Origin: Geosiphon pyriformis uo1
Lineage: Eukaryota; Fungi; Glomeromycota
Direction: 5' to 3'
Length of the DNA: 64,000 nucleotides
NCBI GenBank assembly: GCA_016748015.1
Contig: JAAOMT010000602.1
Span: 1,563,696-1,627,695 of the forward strand
Below the pieces are notes generated by a model, which worked only from the letters and a program-made list of their open reading frames with translations, did not search any database and was not told the origin of the DNA. Positions 54,247 through 64,000 of the stretch are shown piece after piece. Position 1 is the stretch's first letter. Each line of letters starts with the position of its first letter. The position numbers and the translations under genes were made by a program.

Positions 54247-55578
54247 GTTTGCTTTTATTTGATTTAATTATTCATTTTCTGTAAGTTATGCTGCTTATCT
54301 TAAAAGTTGTCATTAGCAGAATATTCTATAGTCTACTATTTTAAGCCCTAAAATAAAGTTAAAGAATAAAAATTTTTATTTTAAACATCAAAAAAACTTT
54401 AGAAATTATAAGTTGTTTGACAAAAAGTGATCTTTGAAGTTTAGGTTTTTATCACAGGCTAAAATTATAAAACGCTCTTTTAGCTGAATAACATTAGAAA
54501 TATAATATATTTGTATTTCCTCTCTAATTAAAATTATAAACTTTGGATGGCGTTTTAATTTTTACTGTGCGATAATATAAAAAAATACTTTAACGAAATA
54601 TTCAATACGGAAGTTTTGAGATATTCGAAAAGAGTAAAAGTTTTCAAACAAAACATATCCTCAGCTTTCTTTTTTTATTGACTGTACTTTGAAATTCCGA
54701 TTATTCAAAAGAAATGCAATTGAAAATGCCTTTCAACTATTAGTAACATTATATTTTTTGCTTTATTCCTTTATTTTTGCATTTTAGAAAAATAAATTTA
54801 GTTAACTGATAAAAGTAATGAAGATTATATTAATTATGATATCGATTAGAACCAACATAAAAAAACAAATGCAAAACAATTACCTTAAAGTGAATAAAAG
54901 TTATTAAATATTAAATTCATTTAAAACTTTAAATAATAATTATCTGCAAAAAAACAAATGCCTTAGGATACTTTTCTTATAAAAATATAGAGCTATTAAT
55001 ATCATTGCAATAATAAAAATTTCAATTAGATAAAATTTATATTCTTCCCAAAAATGTGCTGAAGAAAACCATTCATTAAAAAAGTCTCATTTGAGATACA
55101 ATTTGAAAGAAATCAAATCTTGAAGATTACTTAATGTTTATTCATATTAACTTAGAATCCATATGGGAATGATGCTAATTTAAGTCATGGCCTGACAATC
55201 CTAATTTCGATTAAAACTAAAGGTCTCAAAAAAATTGGGTATTGATTTTCTGTTGTAACTTATTGTATTAAGGTCAAGGTTTAAGAATAATACTTTTGTT
55301 GAAAAATGTATAGTAATGAATAATATTTCCAGTTAAATTTTAATTATGAAAATCTCAATGCGCTAAATTTATTGGCTATTTAGCTGGCTGACATATTTAA
55401 AAATTAAATCAAATTAAATACAATTTGAGACTTTTCTCTGAATCATTATTACTCTCATCTTCAGAAGTTTGGCCATCGTTATCTTTGGTTGAATTGTTTG
55501 CCATTGCTCTTTTTTCGCTAGCTATCATCAAAAACAAGAATCAGGATCCTATATCGAAATAACTCAATCTAATCAAGA

Positions 55579-56071
55579 TTAAAAACCCATAATTATCAGA
55601 CCTTCATCTTCCTCTTTTATAAGTTTGGGCAACAATTTTTTCGTCACATTCTCAAACAATTGATTCAACTCTTCGTCTTTATGAATAGCTAATTTCAAAT
55701 GCCCTGGTCTGATCCGAGCTTTTTTATTATCACGTGCAGTATTACTAGCCAATTCCAAAATTTCTGCAGCAAGGTATTCGAGGATAGCGGCCATGTATAT
55801 AGAAGCACAATCACTAATCTGATCTGCATATCGGCCTTTACGCAAACGTCGACGAATTCGACCAACTGGAAAAATGGGACCCGCCTTGAAGAAATTACTG
55901 CTCAGCGGATTATCATGATGTTGGATAGGTCGACCTTTCTCTGTCGCCTCTGTCTCCGTTTGCGTCCCTTCAATATGATAAATTTATTTAAATATAAGAA
56001 AAATAAAGGAAACAATTTATAAATATACCACAAAGAGTCCAGCGAGGTAACGTAAACGAAATTCTTTTCAT
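55579..56071 (-). CDS. Divergent H2A-like locus with a foreign N-terminus and an 11-aa docking-domain deletion (possible pseudogene)
   Basis: [70 protein letters not shown]. Possible exon 56071-56029 plus a 61-nt intron 56028-55968, in frame. Confidence 0.7.
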
Positions 56072-56213
56072 CTCCCTAGTTAGCCAGAGTTTGTCCTCCT
56101 CTCCTAGTTTGCGTTTAAGATTTGCAGAACCAGCAGAAGTTAGTCAATGTCGCAAACATTATATACCAAACATTCTCTCAAATATGGATATTTCTTCCAA
56201 AAAACGCTTAATA

Positions 56214-56648
56214 TTACAAGATGAAAAAATAATAATATAGATAGTATGGATAGAAAGGTAAATTTACAAAATTGTTACCTGTCTTTTTTATTTCTGTTAT
56301 CGCATTGTGTAACTTTTCCACCTCCACCTTCAACTCGTTCTTGTCTACGAAGCTGTTACCTGTTTTACTTGTTTCTGTCAACGCATCTTGGAGTTTTCGC
56401 ACCTGCAACGCCCATATATTTTTATTCGTTTTTAGCTCGTTCACCTCTTCTTCCAGCTCTTCTTTTTCTTCTATCCATGCCTCCTTTTCATCAGTGTCCG
56501 TCCACTTTTTTCCTCTCAACTTGTTCTTTAATTCACTTAACCTATTTCCCTCCTCACTCTTCCTAAACTCCTTTAGCTCCTCCACGCATCTCTTATATTC
56601 GGTTATAGTGTCTCCTAATCCACGTTCGATCTTGTCCACACTAGCCAT
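56214..56648 (-). CDS. E/K-rich coiled-coil ORF, likely the first exon of a truncated gene
   Basis: 144-aa ORF with heptad-like E/K/L content, a duplicated LQDALTETSKTGN/LHNAITEIKKTGN segment, and an ACAG|GTAACA donor. Confidence 0.55.
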   Translation of the reverse strand: MASVDKIERGLGDTITEYKRCVEELKEFRKSEEGNRLSELKNKLRGKKWTDTDEKEAWIEEKEELEEEVNELKTNKNIWALQVRKLQDALTETSKTGNSFVDKNELKVEVEKLHNAITEIKKTGNNFVNLPFYPYYLYYYFFIL

Positions 56649-57724
56649 GATGTTATGTGCGTTTGTTATGGTTCGGGAAGATAGGGCCCTAACATATGTT
56701 TGGTTCGTGTCGATGACGTTTCAGATCTTTAATCTATCAGTATAAATTACAATTTTATGGTAATAATTATTGTATTGTGTAATAATTATTAATATTATTA
56801 TTAACTATTTTTTGAATATATTAAAATAATTTTAAAGTTATTATTGCATTGTATATTTTTAGCATTTTAATTTAATTTAATTTAAAAACTTTTTTCTTTT
56901 GCATTTTTATGAGTTTACTTAAAACAAAGAGCAGTATTACAGATCGGAATAACATGCTAACTGATAGCAAGGTGGAACAAATATTTTCTATTTTTTCATA
57001 GTTTTTTATAAGTTAATAATAAAATATACACTAATTTTATATTCTATTATAATTTGTTTTTTAATAATAAACAAAGTATTTGGTAATTTTTTATCTAATA
57101 TTTATCAAAAATTAAAAAAATATTTTGTATATTTAATCAAAAAAATATTTTCTATGTTAAATAAAATATATATGTTTTAAAATTATAATAATTCTACTTA
57201 TACTTGTTTTAATGTTTTATTAATCAATACTATAATTATTATAAACTAGTAACCAATTAGTTTTTTTCTGATATTTTTTGATTTTTGTATTATAAACAGA
57301 TTAATTATTAAATATTGTTTATATTAATTTTATAAAATATAAAATCTGTTGTTTAATACTTTTTTAATAATAAATGATCTTTTTTATTAACTTGAAAATT
57401 TGTTACTAAAAATACTGTTTCTATCTGGTTTGTATTTAAAAACTAAGTTATTAAAAGATTTTATGAGTTTTTTTTTTTTAAGTCTTTCTTAAAACTATTT
57501 ATGTTTTTACTAAAGAATTTAAAATTGTTTCAAGTTTTTATTGTAAAATATTTTGGGTATTTAAGTTTTGTTATTTTTTTAAAAGATATTGTCTTAATAT
57601 TAGTTTTAATAAATAATATTGCTATATGTTTATACAATTAGTAAAAAAGTTTATAATTAAATATATTATAATATTATGATTAAATTTTTTACTTTTTAGC
57701 TTTTATTTATTTACTTAGCCAAAA

Positions 57725-60700
57725 TTATTTATATGTATTAGTCATTAATGTCATTAATTAGCCATCTTATTTTTAGAATTAATTATTAATATAATTATTA
57801 ACATAATCAATAACTTAATTATTAACTTAGTTATTAATTGGGTTATTAATCTAATCATTGACTTGATTACTAATCTAATTATTAATTTTTTTTGAAAGTA
57901 TATAAATGAACTTTTTAAAGCTATAAAAAGACATTTACACTTGACTTATACTCAAATTAATATAATAATATTAACTTTTTTTAATTTTTTATTATTATTT
58001 GTATAATTATTAGTTTTTGTAAAGTATATTGAAGAAATATTTACTGAAAAATACAATTAATATCTAATATTAAATTCTAAAAGCATTAATATAAGACATA
58101 GAATTATATTAATGTATTATTTTTTGTTAACAATACAGACTATTTTTTTATTTTTGAATTTTTTTGTTATCTTTTAAAAAAAATAACAACTAAAATATTT
58201 ATAAGACTAATCTTACACATTAAATTTTTACTAATTTAATTTACTTATTAAAGTTGAATTATTTTTTTGATTGTTTTATTATTATACAAAGTTATTTTTT
58301 CTTGCTATTTATTAGTTTGTTAATTCGACTGTAATATTATAGTTGAATTTCTTATTTATTTAACCATAATTAATCATATGTATTAGTTATTAATATTATT
58401 AATTAACTATTCTATTTTTAGAATTAGTTATTAATATGATTATTAACTTGATTAATAGCTTGATTATTAACTTAATTATTAACTTGATTATTAATTTAGC
58501 TATTAATTTAATTATTGATTTAATTATTGATTTAATTATTAACCAAATTATTAATGTAATTATTGCTCTAATTATTAATTCTTTTATAAAACTATATAAA
58601 TAAAAACTCTTTAAATTTTAAAAAAAGTATTTATATTTAAATTATATTTAAATTAATATAATAATATCAACTTTTTATTTTTTTTTACTTTTTTTTACTT
58701 TTTTTCTTGATTTGTATAATTATTAGTTTTTGTAAAATATATTAAATAAAAATTTACTGAAAAATACAATTAATATCTAATATTAAATTTTAAAAATACT
58801 GATGTAAAACATAAAATTATACTAGTGTGTTATTTTTTGTTGACAATATAAATTATTTTTTTACTTTCAAATTTTTTTGTATTTTTAAAAAGAATAATAA
58901 CTAAAATATTTATAAAACTAATCTTGTATATTAAATTTTTATAAATTTAATTTGTTTATTAAATTTAAATTATTTTTTTAATTATTTTATTGTTATACAA
59001 TACTGTTTTTTTTTGTTATTTATTAACTTGTTAATTAGAATATACAATAATTTACTATTTAATAAACAAAAAATATTAAAGACAAAACTTTGTTTTATAA
59101 GTTTTTTGTTTTTTGGTTTTTATTAAAGTTTTACAAAGTATTTAATTAAAATACTTTATCAATTTATTTGTTTGAAAATATTAAAAAAAAGATTTGTAAT
59201 ATAATTTAAGTTTTTTTGCTAATAAATTAACAAAACTTTTTTTCTATTTAAAAGTAAATTTTAAGATATTTATAATAATTTATAATTTTTTTATATATAT
59301 TATTAACAATTAAAATAGCTATTTAATTTGATATTTTATTTATTTTTTTAAGTAATTATTGCTGTAATAATATATTTGTTTTTATTAAAAATTACTGTTA
59401 AGAATTTAACTATATTGATTTTAATTTTTTTAAAAAGTTGATTAACAAATATTTAATAAATGTTTTCTTTTTAATTAAATTTTTTTATTAATAAATAATT
59501 TAAAGATTAATAATAATATTATATTAGTGTTTTTTAAATTGTTTTATTAATAAATTTATATACATATTATATATTTCAATTTTTTTTTGATATTTTTGAT
59601 ACAATTAATTCTAATAAATCAAATAGAAATTTAAATATTTTTACAAATATTTTTTTTGGAGATGATTATAATTTGATAAATATTATTTTTATTTAAAATT
59701 TAATAAAAGCTAAATTATTTTCTAAGTCTATTATTATGTTTGATTTTAAATAATACAAATAATTAATTTGTGAAATTTTTACTAAAATTTTTTATTGCTA
59801 AATTGTTAATTAAAATAAAGTATTTGTATTTTGATTATTTTTTTTGATATTTAATTTTATAATTATAATTATATAATTGAGAATTTAATAAATAATTTGT
59901 TTATATATCAATATTTTTTTGTTTTATAATTAGACTAAGGTTTAATAATTAATATATATTATAAAATAAATACTTAAAAAATATTGATTTTAATAGTTAA
60001 TTGTTTAAACTATTATTAAGCATTTTTTTTTAATAATAATATAATTCTGTTTGATTAAAAACATTATTCTATTTATATAAACTATAATATATTCATTTTT
60101 GTATTGGCTGGATTAAGAAAAATTTTATTTTTTAAAATAAAATAACTTAAAAAACAAATAAATTGATATTTAAAAAATAATTTAATAGGATTTATTTTGA
60201 AATTTGTATTAAAAGTTTGTTAAAAATAAGTTAAATGCTTTTAAATATATAATTATATTATTATATTTGGAACTTTTACTTTTTAGTTTTATTTATTTAT
60301 TTATTTAGTTATATATATTAGCATTAATAATATTATTAATTATTTTATTTTTAGAATTAGTTATTAATGTGATTATTAACTTAATTAATAACTTTATCAA
60401 TAACTTGATTATTGAATTATTTAGTGTTGTCCTGACTGGTTCGAGTGGCTGGTCACGTGTAGAAAGTGCATGATTCGCGCTTAGTTTAGATCATTTCTTT
60501 GATGTATAGTTCTAAGTAGCGTTTGGACTTCACTCGTTAAATGTTAAAAAAAAAAAATTAGTTATTAATTTAATCATTAACTCAATTATTAACCAAATTA
60601 TTAATATAATTACTAATTTGATCATTAATTTTTTTTATTAGTATATAAACGAAATTTTTCAAAGCGATAAAAATTTATTTACACTTCGATTAATTTATTT

Positions 60701-61080
60701 AAAGCAATAATTAATACAATAATATTGACTTTTTTATTTTTTTTAACTATTTTTTGACTATTTCTTTCTTAATTTGTATAATTGTTAGTTTTTGTAATGT
60801 ATATTGAATAATTATTTACTAAAAAGTACAATTAATATTTGATATTGAATTTTAAGAGTATTAATATAAGATATACAATTATACCCGTGTATTAATTTAT
60901 ATTAATGATATAACTATCTTTTTATTTTTTTATTTTCTTGTACTTTTAAAAAAAATAATAACTGAGATATTTATAAAACTGATTTTACTAATTCAATTTG
61001 CTTATTAAAAGTTGAATTACCTTTTTATTATTTTTATTTTTATACAATACTGTTCGCTTTTGCTATTTATTAGTGTATTA
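57725..61080. repeat. Triplicated ~600-700-bp AT-rich unit (about 57725-58330, 58370-59040, 60315-61080) with 12-bp ATTATTAACTT(A/G) subrepeats
   Basis: Shared strings such as TTTGTATAATT(A/G)TTAGTTTTTGTAA and TACAATTAATAT at about 57998, 58711 and 60773. Confidence 0.85.
60420..60557 (+). mobile_element. Short A-tailed dispersed element, copy 3, inserted into the triplicated unit
   Basis: GAGTGGCTGGTCACGTGTAGAAAGTGCATGATTCGCGC...CTCGTTAAATGTT followed by a run of about 12 A; absent from the two sister units. Confidence 0.7.
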
Positions 61081-61639
61081 TACCTAATTATAACATAAAA
61101 GTGATGCTTTTTGTAAAATTGTCAAACTATTGAATTCATTTATTATTGTATGGACAATTACTTTTTTTTATAGCACAAAAAATCTAAAATAATTTTACAG
61201 CCCATAATTAAAATGATTTAGTTTATATTAAATTTAATCTTCTTTCATTTTATCTTATTTGTTTTCCAGTTGAAAAAAAATCTAGTTAACAGTTTCAAAA
61301 TTTTTTGATCAATTATATAGTAGAAATTTATTTAGCATACACAGTTTACTTTTTTAATAAGAAAAAATTTGAAGCAAAAAACAATTATATTAATTACTTT
61401 TAGTCAACTTTTCCTCGAGTTTGAAATCTTAATTAACAAATTCACAATTGAATTACTGCTCATTAATTGACTGAAACTTTTTAAGAAACCAAAAACAAAA
61501 AAGCTATTCAACAACTCCTAGTTTTAAACTTTTTTTAAGCAATTTAGACTTCTTATCTCGAACTTCAACATTTGTTATGGCTCTTGTTAAAGCATATATA
61601 TTACTTACTCTTCAAGATATTTAAACTGTTCTAAGTTGT

Positions 61640-62520
61640 TAAAATATAAGTCTTTTATCTTTGTTTTGAGAAGATTCTCAAGATCCAATAGATTGGCTTG
61701 AAAAATTTAAAAAAACTACTACTGCAAATTAGTATAATAATAATTACAAGTTTCAAATAATTAAAGGATATCTTTAAGGGTTTTCTGTTATATAGCTCAT
61801 CCAGAAAATAACTAGTGGAGCTGTTTAACAAATTGTTTAATAATTTTCTAAGAATACTGGTCAAAATAATTACTGAATATGCCAAAGCAATTCAGAAATT
61901 AATAAAATAGGTAGATTCAAGAAGAAACTGGATGGAAAAAAAAGATTCACTTTTTTACTAGAGATTTATAAACATATTTATTATATGTTCTATGGCCTTT
62001 TCTTACGATAAAAAATAATTTCACATTAGATACTACAGTAGAATTGGAGTGCATAGAAGACAATTAACAGATTCACTTAAGAAACATTCTTCCACTGCTG
62101 ACAACTGCTTCAACCTTTGCTCCTGCTCTCTAAATGACTGTTATATTATTTACTGTCTATGTTCAAGACCCAAATAAACAATTAATAAATAGACTGATGG
62201 CAAATTTGGCCAGACTTTTAGAACAATTAGCAAGAACTGTTCAAGAAAATCAGAGATCCCCAAAACCTCAATATCAGTCTTGTTATAATCAGCAGCAACA
62301 ACCCCAATATAATCCAAGGCCTAAAGAGCAAAGTCATTCAGTTTGTTATTGATGTAGAAATACTAACCACAAGGCACAACACTGTAAAATCCTCCTATGC
62401 CTCTGCCAAATTTGAGAAATAAAAATCAATAGAATAATGGAAACAACAACAACCGTGCTCCTAATCAAGAAGCTAATCAGGCCTATGTAAACTTCTTTGG
62501 AGAAAATCCTTTACTCAAAG
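61640..62520 (+). mobile_element. LTR-retrotransposon gag remnant with CCHC zinc knuckle
   Basis: QDPIDWLEKFKK..AN..KFQIIKGYL, a Q/N/P-rich linker, and C-Y-*-C-R-N-T-N-H-K-A-Q-H-C (62344-62385) = CX2CX4HX4C. Confidence 0.75.
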
Positions 62521-62758
62521 CAACAGAATAAGAGTTTTTAAGCCAGCGGGCACATCTTTCGAGGTTAAGAGTGCAAGCCGAGAGGAAAAAAACTCCTTGT
62601 TTAGTTTCAATTTAATTGATAAGAATATGGAGTTACAAGAGATTTTATGCCTTTCTTGGAAGGCTTAGAGCAATAGGCTATATAAAACTATGTGTGTACG
62701 AATTTCAAATTAGGAGCCTTATTTAGCCTAACCTTTAGAAAATATCTAATCCAGGGAA

Positions 62759-64000
62759 TTAATTTTTCTGGATTTGAAAAACTTCATAATCATCAAATAA
62801 AAATTCTACCGCTCTTTTTTCGGACCCAGGCATTATAACGTGCTCATAATTTGCTTCATTTAGACAAATGCATGGAATAGATTGAAAATTAAGACTATAT
62901 GTTCGAATACTACCATAGCCAAATTGGGGTCCGAACTCTTTATGACCAAAAGGTCCATATCCACTAACGAATTTGCTAAGTTTAGCATTTTGAGGTTTGC
63001 CATCTCCAAGGGAAAAAATAAAACTTCCCTCTCCGTTAAAATGTGAACCTAAAGAGTGCCAAGATTCCGGGGTATAGCCGCCAATCAATTGACCAGTCTC
63101 TTTAACTTTGATTACAGTAATTGTTGCTCCTTTGTTATCACATAATCGATGAAAATCATTTGGTGAGAATCCGTCTCGACTGCCTCGAAGTAGTAATTTA
63201 AAAGCATTTCCTGGTTTGTTTTGAAAAGGAGTGTTTTCGTTTTTGCCTTCAATCCAGTGATCAAGTTGCTTTATATTGTGTGGTTGAAGAAGCTCTGATT
63301 CAATTTTTGATTGTGAAAACCGTAATGACTGAGCGTCAAGAGATGTTTGATGACTCCCCGGTACTAGATAATGGTGTAAAAGATCTTCATATAAGGTTCC
63401 AGGTAAAATTCTCGCAAATGGCTTTACTTTATAATAGAAGTCAACTGAAGATATGTTAAAGAACCGGATTAAAGGTAGAAATTCTCCAATAGATTCCTTA
63501 AAAGCTTCAAAGTTTTCATCTGTCCAATTAAGAACTTTATCCAATTGAATCTCATTGCTTAATTTAGCTGCTCCCCATTCTAAAATCTTTTTCCATATTT
63601 CAATTTCTTCCATATTTAAGTCATCCCGAGATAAAATTGAGCAAAGAGCATTTTTATTAAGAGAGGTAAAATCTTGAGAGTTAAAGACTGTAGCTGGATT
63701 GTTGACAGCTATTTCGGTGCAGAACTTTTGTAGCTTATTGAACGAATGATGGTTGAAGGATGTTTCATTAAAAGTGGTAAAATTTTTTTCCAAATCTGTT
63801 GCATGGTGTTCAATTAGATAATCTTCAAGGTGATCAATAAGTTTTTCTAGAATGAGTTCATCAGCGGCAATAAGCAATTCTAAGATTGTAAGTGCTCCGT
63901 GTTCATTAGGAGATATTTCACCACTATAAATGTATCTAGATAAAATAAAAAAATTAAATAGTCATGAATAGAAATATTAAGCCAACAAAATTACTCACCC
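62759..64000 (-). CDS. BTB-BACK-TLDc copy 5 (exon 2 63935-62759; intron 63998-63936; exon 1 outside the window)
   Basis: Open 372-aa ORF with BACK and TLDc motifs and the same 63-nt intron. Confidence 0.88.

Noticed and set aside
16647-56745. Short antisense or alternate-frame ORFs overlapping the BTB, MFS, H2A and coiled-coil genes
   Set aside because: Shadow ORFs of real coding sequence.

Overview
Very AT-rich eukaryotic DNA with short (about 60-90 nt) GT-AG introns. The gene content (BTB-BACK-TLDc, Sel1, Tc1/pogo, gag relics) best fits an early-diverging fungus such as Glomeromycotina; this is inference only. The window holds a birth-and-death cluster of BTB/POZ-BACK-TLDc genes: five near-full copies (two disrupted, one gapped, one cut by the window edge) plus two BACK relics. 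The BACK regions of three copies are almost identical, while the TLDc C-termini are hypervariable and mosaic. It also holds three divergent histone H2A-like loci (one intact with unusual tails, one deleted pseudogene, one chimeric copy lacking part of the docking domain), an intronless DHA2-type MFS transporter, and a 7-exon orphan 2-TM gene. Repeats include decayed pogo, Tc1/mariner and retroelement-gag remnants, a composite 96/97-bp satellite with a CpG-deamination footprint, a short poly(A)-tailed dispersed element, and sharply bounded hyper-AT blocks of decayed repeats. There are two assembly gaps (5294-5500, 12814-12833).
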